NCBI RefSeq assembly: GCF_004010195.1
Contig: NC_057754.1
Coordinates: forward strand, 1,756,306-1,820,305
DNA: 64,000 nucleotides
Origin: Chiloscyllium plagiosum
Lineage: Eukaryota
Direction of reading: 5' to 3'
Part shown: positions 35,699-49,470 of the stretch, piece after piece
Layout of the letters: each line of letters starts with the position of its first letter
Position numbering within the stretch: position 1 is the stretch's first letter
Translations under genes and position numbers: made by a program
The notes under the pieces: generated by a model
Seen by the model: the letters and a program-made list of their open reading frames with translations, nothing else
The model's database searches: none
What the model was told of the DNA's origin: nothing

Positions 35699-37566
35699 TT
35701 ATAATTAGCTGGTATTTATTGGTTCCATATCACATCACACCACTTTCAACATGATGATCAGCAATGTCCATTGTTGTCACAAAGTCACAATGCTATAATA
35801 AAATTCAGAAGGCAAGTGAGTTTACTTTAAATACTTTATCATTTTAATAACACTCAGACAGTCAATCAGTAGCTGCAGAAAGTTGAACAAAAAAGCAGCA
35901 ATACTTGTGGAAGGGACAACGTAGAGACAGTATTCCTTGCTAGAACATATAATTCATACCTGGTAAGGAGAACAGGAGAGCATTGTGAGTTAGGAAGAGC
36001 TTAAAAAACAAGATCTACTTGGCAGTTAATGAATTCTTAGAGTAGCCGGTTCTGTCGGAGAATCCCAATTTAAGGTTCAGCTGGAAAGTGCCTGCTTCAA
36101 AGTTCTGTGAATAAAGTAAAAAAATGCCAGTAAGGTGAGAGGAAAGTCTTAAATTAAATGGTACAAAGGTCAAGACTGGGGAAAAGTAGAAATCAAGGAA
36201 GAAATCATTTATCATTCACAATAACCTCACCACCATAGTGACACACACCTCAAGGCATGGCTACAGTTGCAAAATCAAGGTCCATAGCTGCAGAGAAGAT
36301 TTTATGTGGTGACAAAGGGATAATTTAAAAGACAAGACAGAGTCTATCAGAAGAAGATAGTTTGAAGATTCTGATAAGGATAGGGATCAATATATTAAAC
36401 CGTAATTTTGGAAAATGACTTATAAGGTTGTAACCATAATGCATTATTGGAAAATTGTGGAGGAGACATGTATATGTATTGGACAGTGGACGGAATGAAG
36501 TCATCTGTTTTGCCCACTCACATATGGGATACATTTTCTTGGCTACAGAGGGGAAGCACTTCCAGTTTACCTGCAGAAGCTGAGAAGCAACCATTTTGAT
36601 AGCAAAAATTGTAGGCAGATTCCCAGTAAGCAGTACAGAGATAAATTACATTTTACAGAATGTAAAGCTTTATTAGAAGGAAATAATGACACTTATATAT
36701 TGTACAGTTTAAAAGTTTGTAAAGTGAAAAAAATAAAAACAGCATTGCTAAATATGGAAATTAAAGTCTTCCAAAAAGTAAAATTAAGCAGTGTTGACTT
36801 ACTGCATATTAGAATCATCATCTTAGGAGAAATTAATGATTCAATTGATTCAACTTGAGAGAACCTGCTAACATCAATGGACATCTCATTAATTTTGAGC
36901 TTGATAAAGGGACAAGTGTCACAATCCTCTCAGATCAAATATTATAGCTCAAGAAATGGGGATTATGTCTGCAGAGGTAAAACTTAATGGTTCAGGTGGA
37001 ATAATTCTCAACATTAAAGGTATTCTAGTAGCAACTCTCCACCACAAAGATTGTAAAAGTATTGAAAATATATACATAACTTACAACCAATCCTTCAAAC
37101 TTTTAAGCCTGCATGGATGACTTGACAGCTACATCCACAAAGTTTAAGAAAGAGTACAAATAATTCCAAGGATACACTGGTCCAGGAACAATGTGTTGTC
37201 AATTGGTCAAGGCATAACTGTTAGAAGATTTAATTAGGCTTCCTGGACTTGTGGTGAAACCTAAAAAGGAAAACAGAGCAATTGGCTTACATGGCAAAAT
37301 GGTTGTTAATCATTCTGCCAGCCCTCAGGCATGCATAGACAGAGTCAGTGATGTCGGCTGGCAGTATGAGCCTGTATTCTCTCCCTCTCACACTTCCCCC
37401 TCCTTTCTCATACTTTCTCCTTCCTGTATGCTTGAATCTGAGGTTCAGCTCATTGTGCTTGATGGCTCTTTTAGCTTGGATGTGCACAGTGGCAATGGCA
37501 CCCAGAGTTTGGAAGATTGAATTGCCAGGTTGCAATGCTGACTGTGCACTTTAAAACTTGGGAAAG

Positions 37567-38235
37567 TGAGTCATACAGCCCAGAAACAGCCCCTTCAGGC
37601 CAATTTGTCCAAGCTGACGAGATATCCCAACCCAATCTAGTCCTACCCGCCAGCACCCGACCCATATCCCTCCAAACCCTTCCTACTCATATACCCGTCC
37701 AAATGCCTTTTAAATGTTGCAAGTGTACTAGCCTTCACCACTTCCTTTGGCAGCTCATTCCATACAAGCACCACTCTCTGTCTGAAAAAGAGACCCCATA
37801 GGTCCCTTTTAAATCTTTCCCCTCTCACCCTAAACCTATGCCCTCTATTTCTGGACTCCCCCACCTCAGGGCAAAGACTTTGTCTATTTATCCTATCCAT
37901 GCTCCTCATGATTTTGTAAACCTCTATAAGGTCACCCCTCAGCCTCTGACCCTCCAAAGAAAAGAGCCCCAACCTGTTCAGCTTCTCCCTATAGCTCAAA
38001 TCCTCCAACCCTGGCAACATACTTGTAAATCTTTTCTGAAAAGTTTCACAACATCTTTCCGATAGGAAGGAGACCAGAACTGCAAGCAATATTCCAACAG
38101 TGGCCCAACCAATGTCTTGTACAGTCACAACATGACCTCCCAACTCTGTACTCAATACCCTGACCAATAAAGGAAAGCATATCAAACACCTTCTTCACTT
38201 TCTGCGACTCCACTTTCAAGGAGCTATGAACCTGT
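37567..38235 (-). mobile_element. CR1 3' fragment
   Basis: Minus ORF QKRFTSMLPGLEDLSYREKLNRLGLFSLEGQRLRGDLIEVYKIM..WNELP. Confidence 0.9.
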
Positions 38236-38239
38236 TAAG

Positions 38240-40160
38240 AAAGTGCTAAATTGGGGAAACGCTAATTACAATAGTAATAGGCAGGAACTGGAAAAGTTAG
38301 ATTGGGGTAGTTGTTTGAGGGTAAATCTAAATCTAGCTTGTGAGACTCTTTTAATAAGCCAGTTGATCAGAGTTCAGGATCAGCATGTTTCTTTGAGTAT
38401 GAAAGAATGGCAAGACTTGGGAAGCCTGGATGATGAGATATTGAAAGTTTAATGAAAAAGAAAAAGGAAGCATGTATAAGGTTCAGGAAACTGAAATAAA
38501 ACAAGACCTTTTGAGGAATATAAAGGAAGCTGAAAATAACTTAAGCAGGAAATTAGGAGGGCCAAAAGAGAGAGGCCTCTAAATGTCTTTGGCAAGCAGG
38601 ATTAAAAAGAATTCCATGGCGTTTTATACATAGATTAGGAGCAAGAGGGTAATGAGGGAAAGGATAGGTCCACTCAAGAACAAAAGAGGTTATTTATGTC
38701 TGGATACAGAGGAACTGGGTGAGGTCCTTAATGGGTATTTCCCATTGGCGTTCACTGAGGAGAAGGAATGGTGGTAGGATTAGGAAGGGGCTTGTTGATA
38801 TTAAGAAGTAGGAGGTGTTAGGTGTCTTGAGAATAGTTGATGTTGTTCCTTTGTTTAAGAAGGGCAACAGGGATAATTCAGGAAATTATATGGCTATGAG
38901 TCTTACATCAGTGTAGGGTAATTATTGGAAACTATTTCAGAGACAGGAATTACCTGCATTTGAAAAAGAATGGACTTACTAGGGATAGTCAGGATGGATT
39001 TAAATGAGGGAAGTCTTATCTCACAAATTTGATAGACATTTTTGAGGAAGTGACAAAGATGATTGATGAAGGTAGGGCAGTGGATGTTGTCTACATGGAC
39101 TTTACTAAAGCAAGGTTCCTCATTGTAGGCTGGTCCAGAAGATTAAGTTGCATTGAATCTATGTTAAATTGGTAAATTGGATATAGAATTGATTAGAAGA
39201 CAGAGGGTAGTTGTAGATGGGGTGTTTTTTCAGACTGGAGGTCTGCGACCAGTGTTGTTATGCTGGGAGCAGTGCTGGAACCTTTGTTGTTTGTAATATA
39301 TATATAAATGACCTAGATGAATATATAGGTGGTCTGATTAGTAAATTTGAAAATGACTCAAAAATTGGTAGATTTGTAGTTAGTGAGGGATGTTATCAAA
39401 GTTTTTGAGCAGGATATAGATCAGTTGGAAAGTTGGATGGTGAAATGGCAGATGGACTTTAATCTGGACAAATGAGAGGTGAGGCATTTTGGGAGGTAAA
39501 ATGCAAGGGGAAAGTATACATTGATGGCAGGACCCTTAAGTGCATTGATGTAAAGAGAGATCTTAGAGTGTAAGTCTATAGCTCTCTGAAAATGGCAACG
39601 CAAGTGAATAAGGTGGTAAAGAAGGCATATGGCTTGCCTCATCAGTTGGGGCATTCGATATAAAAGTAATGTTGCAGCTGTATAAGATTTTAGTTAGGCT
39701 ACATTTGGAGTGCTGTGTACTGCTGTGTTCCCCATGTTATAGGAAAGATGTAGAGGCTTTGGAGAGATTTACCAGGATGTTGTCTGGAACGGAGTGCAGT
39801 AGTTCTCAGGAGAGGTTGGACAAACTTAGATTGTCTTTGCTAGTGCGTCAGAGGCTGACAAGTGACCTAATAGAAGTGTGGAAATGCCAAATATTAGGGC
39901 GTGGGTGGAAGTTTAAGCGAGATGTACAAAGTTTTATATACAGAGAGTGGTAGGTACCTGGAACACATTGCTAGGGGAGAAACAGATGCATCAGCAAAGT
40001 TTACAGGCATTTATACAGATACATGAACATGAATAGAGGGATATGGAGCATGTGTAGATGGATGGGATTGGTTTAGACTGGCATCATGGTTGGCATAGTC
40101 ACGGAGGTCCGAAATGCTTGTTCCTCCCAGAATGCATCACCTCACATTTGTTCTATGTAG
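38240..40160 (+). mobile_element. Older CR1 ORF2, heavily decayed
   Basis: LNWGNANYN; YINDLDEYIGGLISKFEND; MLQLYKILVRLHLECC..ERFTRML. Confidence 0.85.
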
Positions 40161-41307
40161 AGGTCTCTTTTATATGGTCCACAGCTAAAGAAAAAGGAAT
40201 CCATTCAGATTACTGGAGATGACCTGAAGGAAATGTTTCATATGGCTGTGAAGAAACAGTGGTAAGCAAACCAAATCGGTTTCCAGGAAATTTGACAAGA
40301 AGGAAGAATGTGCTATTATTCCTTTGTATTGCATTCCAGCGGGTTTGCCAAGAACATGTACATTCAGCACTGGCAACATTTCACAGTCATAGATGACTTA
40401 CAAGTGTGTGACTGAAGGCTAGTTATTTCAGCACCTTCTGGGAAGACAATCTTTGAAAGGATACACCAGGTATGCTTAGGCTTTCACAGGGGTACAGCAA
40501 GCATCCAGTCAGCAATGTGGTGGTCAGAGGTTTTAAGAGTTTGAAGTTCACAAAACTCATCGTAAAATCCATGATTCTTAGAATTGACAGGACTACAAAA
40601 CAGTCCTAACACTTTTGAAGAAAATTCAGTTGACAGATATCAGCAAAGTTGGTGAGAAGCTGCAAACCTAGAGAAAAAGAATGGAAAGTTCAACCCTCAA
40701 ATCTTTAATGGAAGCTGTTCAGACAGCAAAACACCATGGTGAACAAATTAATGCAGCAAATTTGACATTGCTGTCAGATGATCAGACAACACAAGCTCAC
40801 AAGCAACATTTCAATCTCTTGTCTTCTGAAGAAGAATTATTAGTACCAATGACATAAATAATGGTAAGTAAGCAGAAATCCTCCAATAACAATACTGAGG
40901 GTATGAAGATACTGACTCACCAGGAAGATATCCAGAGGGCAAATGAAAACATCCAACCTATTCAACAAATTGAAGTAAAGCACTTACGTACTTCAACACA
41001 GATGCATTAGATTGAGAATGGAGATTGTATTGCACAAATTAACGATGAGCTGCTGTGACTCCATGAAAGACAGATCAACATTCATAGATTCAAGATACAG
41101 TTCAGAAGAAATTACCTGGCTCAGAAGTCTAGGATTATGAAAAAATGGTGTTCCATAATGAACATACTTGAAATTAAAAGACATCAGACTATGTTTTGTA
41201 GCAAATACTTGAGTTAACAAGGAAAGAAAATTCAGAAAATTATGGGTAGATGAAAAAGAGGATTAGATCAACTATTGAGTTTAGAAGGAATGCATCCTTC
41301 ATGAAGT

Positions 41308-41430
41308 CAAAAGTCACACAACACCAGGTTATAGTCCAACAGGTTTATTTGAAAACACTAGCTTTCGGAGTGCTACCCCTTTATCAGGTGCTAGTACACT
41401 CCAGTCCAACACTGGCATCTCCACATCATG
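41308..41430. mobile_element. Penelope-like terminal repeat, partly inverted
   Basis: Minus-strand copy with decayed hammerhead motif joined to a plus-strand CCAGTCCAACACTGGCATCTCCACATCAT end; flanks TCCTTCATGAAG / TCCTCCATGAAG. Confidence 0.78.
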
Positions 41431-41688
41431 TCCTCCATGAAGGACATCCAAGAATGAGAAGATCCTCTATTAGAGAAATTATTACAGATTAATCAACATC
41501 AAGATCAGAATTAAGTTCAACAGTCGTAATGCCACACCTACCAATCTTTAGTTCAAAGAGAATGCATTCTGGAAGAATTGTGAAATCATCTACATTTGTG
41601 AAGTCAAGGACTTTGGGTAGTGGTGAATGTAAAATGAAATTATATGTACTGGAATGTACAAATGCTCACTATTCAGAAAAAAGGGTTT

Positions 41689-42008
41689 TTAGATTAGATT
41701 AGATTACATTACAATGTGGAAACAGGCCCTTCGGCCCAACAAGTCCACACTGACCCGCCGAAGCGCAACCCACCCATACCCCTACATTTACCCCTTACCT
41801 AACACTACGGGCAATTTAGCATGGCCAATTCACCTGACCCTGCACATCTTTGGACTGTGGGAGGAAACCGGAGCACCCGGAGGAAACCCACGCAGACACG
41901 GGGAGAACGTGCAAACTCCACACAGTCAGTCGCCTGAGTCGGGAATTGAACCCGGGTCTCTGGCGCTGTGAAGCAACAGTGCTAACCACTGTGCCACCGT
42001 GCCGCCCA
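41689..42008 (-). mobile_element. HE1-type V-SINE
   Basis: Reverse complement of 8611-8940 with (AGATT)n tail. Confidence 0.92.
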
Positions 42009-42105
42009 AATTTTTGTGGGTGGGAAGGGACGGTGTATCCGAAAATGGTTCTGAAAGGGTTAATTTTGTGGCCTGCATTAAACTTCACTCAATCTGATGA
42101 TGTCA

Positions 42106-42239
42106 GAAGTCACTACTTCACCTGACGAAGGAGCAGTGCTCCGAAAGCTTGTGATTTCAAATAAAGCTGTTGGACTACAACCTGGTGTTATGTGACATCT
42201 GACCTTGTCTACCCCAGCCTAACACCAGCAACTCCACAC
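42106..42239 (+). mobile_element. Penelope-like terminal repeat with 16-bp TSD
   Basis: CAATCTGATGATGTCA at 42090-42105 and 42240-42255. Confidence 0.85.
42118..42154 (+). ncRNA. Minimal hammerhead ribozyme motif (CUU site)
   Basis: TCAC-CTGACGA-A-GGAGC AGT GCTCC-GAAA-GCTT-GTGA; TCAC pairs with GTGA. Confidence 0.65.
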
Positions 42240-45200
42240 CAATCTGATGATGTCACACAGTGTTGGGAGAGGGATAAAAAGGAGTCTGCCTTAAGATTCT
42301 GACGAAGATAGATGTATCGTCAGTGTCTCCAGTTTTAATTACGTCTTTTATACATGTTCTACCATGTGTCATCTCAACACATCGTATGGCTGCATTACTT
42401 ATGGACACATTGAACTTTTCATTCTAACATGCATTTTCTCAAAGAGGAGATAAACGACGACTGTGGATGTAAGTTTAGTGACTGTCTGGAAAGGTCCTGA
42501 GAGGAACGATGGATTGTCACACCTGAAAAGGTGCCAAGGGAACTTAAAGCAGTAATCCTTCAAAGAATAAATATTAAAGTTACAGCGGAACAGGTCTACA
42601 TCAGCAATTTTCATAATAATTATGGATAATGGAATAAGTGTAAAGGAAAGAGGTTCAGATTTAAGATTTGAGATTTTGCGATAAACATGTTAATTGTTAA
42701 TTTACTTACTTAAAGAGGTGTACCCATCCTTTGGGGAATTAGTTTTAGTATATTCTGTTCCCATATTTTTGAATTGGATCTACTGTTCTGTTGTGATGGA
42801 AGTTACATGGTCAGTTTCAAAATAAATACTTCAATGTGAGTTTTAAGATTTGATTATTTTAAATTTATATAGGTAGCAACATTTAAATGCAAACACAGTC
42901 AGGTGTTATGATTCTTCTTTTCAGAAGGCCTCACGAAGATAAGATATCAAGTTGTGTTACCAGGGTGACCATATTAATTAATGTTCAAAAAATCTCATTA
43001 TACCACACAAAAATCAATTAAGCTTTATGAACAAATGAATTAGCGGCAAAAGTAGGCCATTTGGCCCTTCAAACCTATCTGTCTCAGTAGGATTATGGCC
43101 GAGCTGGTTTTTTTTGTTCATCTGTGTGGTGATTAAAATCCAATGACTATGCTAACAGTTGATGTCCTTTGCACACTGTGACATGAATGAATGTACAATT
43201 AATGCAGTAAGTGTTAATGAACAAGGGCTGTTAGTAATTAAACATTTTGAGAGGAAAACAATTGGGCATTGCTTTCTTTCCCTTCAACTTCAGACAATTC
43301 TTTTCGTTTTGAAAACAAAATGAGAATTATGCAAACTAAATTGATCTTTGTTGTGAAGGAAAATTGTTGAGAAGATTAAAGAAATATTTTAAATTGGCAG
43401 ATAGAGTGAAAACTGCATTGGTCCAGATGATAATCTTTGGTTTTATGATTCACACTATTTCAAGGAGTCATCTTGCGAGCATTTGCATCAGCTTCAAAAT
43501 AATAATATTCCTTTCTTACTGTGGCAGGTAAGATTCCTATCCCACCTTGGCATCACGAGCACACTAAAAGAAAGTGAGACGTGTATATAATATCCCTGGC
43601 AGTCTTGAGAGTAAATAGCTCTCAGTCTCAATCAGCCAAAACTGCAGTCAAAAAAAGGACCAATGTATGGCAAATAAAAGAATGAACAGGAGAGAATTAA
43701 CCTGATTGAGATCAAATTAAATACAGAATGAAGTGAGTTGGAACAGGGTCAGCTTTAGCAAATAGCAAAATGTGTCCCTGTTTGTTTTAAAGGCACACAC
43801 TGAAAGACATGAGTGGATTGGGAATTTAACTCTGGGCTACTTTACACCATCTAGCAAGAGTTAAATTGCTGTAACTGTAGATTTATGACACTCTTTGTAA
43901 GCTGACTTTTTTTTAAACTCCAACTTAAAGATAAAGGAAGTAGTTGCACAATTTTTGATGTTTGTTTCCTGTTCAAAGCAGCTGCAGTTTCATTTAACTC
44001 CGAACAGCCAAATCCAACCAGGGTCATGACTCCAGAGAAGCCACAGATGGCTTCCAGACCTTGCATAGATTGTTTCTAAATAATTTGCATTCACGACAAA
44101 GTGACTTTGATTACATAGTTCTAAATGTCCACCTTACATAGACATGGGGTTGCATGTACTCTGAACTCCAGACCACATAATACAAAATCATTTAGAGGAC
44201 AAAAAAATCAAAGTGAATACTTTATTTCTGGTTTTTGACCTCTTTTCTCCTTTTCTCTGATTGGATCTTGCTGGTTCCATGTTGCTATCAGTTTTTAGAC
44301 ATCCTGCCAAGTGGCTATTCTTCAAAAAGTAATCTAAACAAATGGTAACCCTAGATAAACATTGGACTTAGCGACATTCTTATCCAGTGAATGAAAGAAA
44401 AAAATGTGCCAGCAGGATATTGGACCAAAGAAGAAATCACAGCTAACCTTATGTGTTCTCAGGCAGTGTCCACAAGGCAGATACCAATCAGAAGCATGAA
44501 AGCTAACAGATTTTAATCCTCACCCTTGCCCAGTGATGCAGAGGAAACCTGGCATCAGCTCATTAGTTGCAAACAGAAATTAGGTGTCCGGATCTTCTAT
44601 CCTGTACAGCTCAGTTTGATGTTAACTTTATTAACAGAAAGGAACTTGTGCCCCTTTTAAAAAAAAGTGTTGGCTGAGTATAACCATATTTTATCTTGCA
44701 GTAGATCACTGGGAAATGTTTGTCTTGCTCCTTTTTTCACCGTCTGGCATGAGGAATGGTCTGGCTTCTTCTCGGTGCCTACCCTTAGTACTGTGCAAGA
44801 GGTTATCGGTGCAGTGACCTAGAGAATTGAAACTACAGTGGAGGGCGCTACTGCAGCACCCAAGCAAGTAATAATTATAAATCTCTCAACATTGTATCTT
44901 TCTGTAGGAACCAAAATTTTCATCTTAAACATTGAAATTCATCCTTAGAGGTCCCTAGTGGCTCCATGAATAGAAGCACTGTCCACTGTAGCTCTTAAAG
45001 ACTCTATATTCATACTGTCACCTTGACCTACAGCAGTGGTTCATATCTTTGGAGTCGGGATGTTACAATGAGCTTCAGTGTTCCCAGCCTGGGGAGGTGA
45101 AAATTAGTATGACTCTTGCTCCTTTTACGATCCAATAACTCCTGCTGGCATATATGCCTGTGTGACCATGGGTCGAGAACAGATTTGCACTCAGCCCTTG

Positions 45201-45454
45201 CACCATCTGTGGTCAGATATGCTGCCAATGTCTACATTGTCACTAGCATAAGTCAGCAGAGGATTGCCAGAACTTCTGGGACTGTACCCAGCATGAGTTA
45301 GTGCCTTCATTAAAGTAGAAGAGAGAATTGAAGGAGAAACCTATTTGATCTCAGCTATACAAAAAAAACTCCACAAAGCTGTTGTATATTAAGTTTGGTA
45401 TGAAGTGTCTGTGTCTCACTTAACATTAATTACAAGTGCCAGTAAGTTATGCTG

Positions 45455-45670
45455 ATATTGGTGCAGCACATTTAATGCATTAAAAAGTGTGCCAAATTGC
45501 TTCACAAATGGCTGCTGGGAATAGAAATGATGCTGAGCTAGAAATAAAGAGATTAGGAGGTGTGTTGGAAGCCTTGGCTGGCGAGAATGGCTTAGAGGTG
45601 TTCTTAAAACTGGAAGGAGTTGAAGGTGCAAAGAAAACTCAGGAGGGAGTTTCGAAGATTAGGATATGAA
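45455..45670 (-). mobile_element. Possible old L2-type LINE 3' fragment
   Basis: GCAGCACATTTAATG..GCTTCACA..GAGGTGTTCTTAAA..GGGAGTTTC resembles reverse-strand L2 3' ends (recall only). Confidence 0.4.
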
Positions 45671-47149
45671 AAAATTTTAAACTTTCCCTTTATTAATAAC
45701 TATAATAGCTCCCTTTGTTCAGGCACGGCCACACCGTTAATCATCTTATAACCTATGGATCTTCTCCAGATTTTTCCAAGATCAATCGTAACTTTCCTCA
45801 CCAATTAGCTGCTCCTTTTTCTCCATCTTTACCTCACTCCAATTGCAGTTCAACATTATATGTCAGCTCCTGAATTTGATTTCCAGAATTTGTTTTTCGC
45901 TGCCAGCCTTTTGTTTATCTCATTTCATAAACTTGAGCTTGCTAGAAACTCAGGTGTTTGATTCTTTGAACACTTGGTTCAGATGGACCATGTATCTAGT
46001 CTGCCTTTTGTTTGAAATATTGTATTTGTCCTGTGCTGAATTCTTTAATCCTTCAGCTCCGACCTCATGTGCTTATCTCATTTTTGTGTTCTCTTGCAGC
46101 CTATTAGTTCAATCTATTTTTTTCTATTATCATAAAATTCCGCTTTTGAGTCTATCTTTGGTGTTGTCTTTTGTAATTCTCTCATCATGGCTTAGTTAAA
46201 AATAACCCCTGCAAAATATGCCTTTGGAAATGTTTTGGGTTAAAATATGTTGCATAAGTATATGTCTTTGTTATTTTATTATCATGCCTGCTCAGTCATG
46301 AGCTAATCTGTCCTCTAAAATCTAATTCTATTCTTTAAGTGCCATCTTGTGTGTCTATTAACTGTGCTTTCACTGTGATGTTTTCAAGACTTGAGCTACG
46401 ATGTGTGCATGCACTCGGATTATTACCAAGTGACTTAAACGTAAAATGTTTGTACAGGTTTATTGGCCCTACTCGTGGGATACATTGCTGGATAATGAAT
46501 CCAAAACTGTCTTTTTTTTATATGTATACTAACATGCTATATTCCTTAAGACTAACTGTGAATAGTGTAGTGCTCATTCCTTTCCTTCTGTATGTAATTA
46601 GCAGCAGTGAATCAAGGATGAGTTTTTTTTATTTTTGGGTAAATCTAATAAGTTAATTTGTAACAAGTTAATTGTGAAGCAATAATCATTTTACAAATTA
46701 ATCTAAAATCATATTTCCAAGGGGCTCCCAAAGCTCAGTGGAAGAAAGCTTCCCTTGATGTAGTTACAGGTTATATAATACATGATGGTGAGATGTCCAG
46801 TTACACCCACATGCAGTTACTGAGATCAGTGAGAGTGGCTGCTATGTTACTGTAATTGTTCTCACTAGCCCAGGGCTGATAAGTGAGAAGACCAACTGAA
46901 CACTGAGGCTGCTATCCAGTGACAGCCACTAGAAGGTGTGCCGTTCTTGTCTGCAGCAGGGTTAAGTGTGGGTTATATACTAGTTTGATCAAGAGAGTCC
47001 TTCCCATAATTTGAATGGGCAAATAGAAAGCTAGCAGAGAATACTTGGAGTGTTGTATGTTTAGCTTCAGGAGAATAGGCTCTTGTGAAGCAGCAGTTCC
47101 TTCACAAATATAAATGGCTATTATGGGATAGGTTGAGGTGGGAAAAGAG

Positions 47150-47488
47150 TGAACAGACTATTTCACAAAGCTCCTTTGACAGCACCTTGCAAACCTTTGA
47201 CCTCTAATACCACAAGGGCAGCAAATACATGGAAACAGCACCGCCTACAAGTTCCCTCCAATACCATTCTGATTTGGAAATATATTGCCGTTCTGTTAGT
47301 TTCTGAGCTCAAAAGGCTGAAGCTCCCTCCCTAATGGTTTTGTAGATGTCCCTATGCCACACAGCTGGTGGACATAGAGTTATTGTTCAAGAAGGCTGTC
47401 TTTACCATCTTTTCCTGGGGGCAATTAGGATTGGGCACAAAATGTCAACATTGCCAGAGACGCCCATGTCCCATGAAAGAAAAAAAAA
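47150..47488 (+). mobile_element. Old LINE (CR1/L2 group) 3' end
   Basis: TTCAAGAAGGCTG..GGGCAATTAGGATTGGGCA..CCCATGAAAGAAAAAAAA; related reverse copy at the right end of the window. Confidence 0.6.
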
Positions 47489-47664
47489 CTTAACTGATGG
47501 GCAGTAATGCTTCTGGTGTTGATGAAAATGAGAGATGGCCGAAGGATTGTTAGCTCTACTTGAGTTTGAAAGCCACCTTCCAGTAACTGGTGCAGATTAC
47601 ATGTAGGAAGTCATAGGCCCAGTTTGTACAGTCACTGACATCCCACATATCAGATGTGTTTGAT

Positions 47665-48052
47665 TGTAGTACCCCCACCTGAGTTACAAGCTACTGAGTT
47701 CAAATTGCAGCCAATTACTTGATCATGAAAGACTGCCATTTCAGTGCAGTGCTGAGAAAATATTGTATTGCTGTAGTTACTGTCTTTCAGATGAGATATT
47801 CATTTGAAGCCTTGTTTGCCTTCTCAGGTGGATGTAAATAGGTCCCCCTGTTCTTTAAAACCCTGGTGCCTGGTCAATGTTTATTCCTAAATCAATATCT
47901 CAAATGGTCAATATCACGTGGCTGTTTGCAAGGTCTTACTGTGTACAAATTGGTTGCTATGTTTCCCAATTAATAGCAATGACTACACATGAGAGAAATC
48001 ATCAATAATTTGTAAAGTGCTCTGAGACATCTAGTTGTGATGAAAGGTATTA
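47665..48052 (+). mobile_element. Deu-domain SINE (SacSINE1/AmnSINE1-like)
   Basis: CTGTCTTTCAGATGAGAT..TCTCAGGTGGATGTAAA..CAAATTGGTTGCTATGTTTCC..TGTAAAGTGCTCTGAGACATC. Confidence 0.7.
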
Positions 48053-49470
48053 TTGAGGTAGCCCCCTCAGCCATGCATTCATCTGCTCTATCCTCCTATT
48101 CCTACCCTCACTAGCTCTTAGCACCGGGTGTAATCCAGATATTACTACCCTCAAGGACCTCCTTTTTAAATTCCTGTCTAACTTTCTATATTCTCCCTTC
48201 AGAAGCTCATTTTTTTCCCTTCCTGTGTCATTATCTCCAATGTGTACAATGACCTCCTGCTGGTCCTTTTCCCCTTTGGGAACATTCTGTTCCCTCCCCA
48301 AGGTATCCTTGATCCTGGGACGAGGAAGGCAACACACCATTCTGATTTTTCTCTGCTGGCCGCAGAAACGTCTGTCTGTGCCTTGGACCCTATCACAATC
48401 AATCGCTTGGAACCTGACGTACCACTCATTACATTAGAGCCAGTTTTGATACCAGAAACTTGGCTGTTTGTGCTACATTCCCCTGAGAATATATCAGCCC
48501 CTACGTTTTTCAAAACAGCATAGTTGTTTGAAATGGGAATACCACAGAAGATTCCTGCACTAACTGCCTACCTCTCCTACCTTTTCTCCCTTCCTATAAC
48601 TGCCATCCATCACACCCCCTTGCTTTTGTAAATTCCCCATTGCCTCTAACTGCGGATCCAATCTATGTGATCTGATAGGATTCGCAACCAAAGACACTTC
48701 CTGCAGACATAATCATCTCCCTGCAGACATGAAACTCTCCCTAAACTCCCACATCTGACAGGAAGAGCATACCACTCTACTGAAGGGCCATATTTGCTCC
48801 TGCACAATCGACAGACCCAGATAACAGCACCGTCTTTTTGGTCTAAAAAACAGTGCTTCGGGCTAACCTAGTACTTACGGTTTATGTTTTTAAAATTTAG
48901 TCAAGAGACATATCCTAATAAAACATATAATCAAGAAAGAACCCACTCTGCTCAGTCCTGTCAATTTACAGCAAAGTTACACGCTAAAAATAATGCACTT
49001 ATCTGTGAGTGGGCACTGTGGACCAGTTTGGGCCAAAGGGCCTGTTTCATGCTATATTACTGTATCATTCTATGACTTGATAACTTCTATGCTGTGAGAT
49101 CTCCCATACAGGTTCCTCCAAGGTCAGCTGTGAATCTCGTGGTTTGTTAATTTTTCCTAGATGGACTCTAATGTCCAGAGATACATGAACCCAAATAGCA
49201 AAGGCAGTAACTGTGCAGATTCACTACTGTGTCAGTTAGCAGTTTAGGTTTCTTTCTCTCTCCCTCACTAATCATGTGCTCATTGCCTTTTGTCTGTCTT
49301 TCTCCTTTTAAAGGTGCCATTGGTTTGATCTTCTTTCCAAAAAGTTCCAAAACAATGCAACAGCTTATAAAACAGTAATTGCTGCTCCTGGAGTTTGAGG
49401 AAATCAATTCCAACACCTAAAATATGTCAAAAAAGGAGCAACTCTTACAGCCACAATTTTTTCCCGTTCT
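48053..49470 (-). mobile_element. CR1 5' portion: 5'UTR and decayed ORF1 (Cys motif plus SGNH esterase-like domain); no ORF2 attached
   Basis: Minus: VVCSSCQMWEF..YVCRKC near 48700-48780; MVCCLP..EVIVHIGDNDT..RVVISGLHPV..RIEQMNAWL. Confidence 0.82.

Larger units (their letters stand above)
33305..42330 (+). mobile_element. Ancient degenerate Ty3/Gypsy LTR retrotransposon with nested CR1, SINE and Penelope insertions
   Basis: Homologous LTR starts at 33305-33448 and 42034-42329; purine-rich tract 42018-42033; protease-like INGHLINFELDKGTSVTILSD (~36873-36935); integrase-N-like HFTVIDDLQVCD*RLVISAPSGKTIFERIHQVCLG..SAMWW (~40365-40525). Confidence 0.7.
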
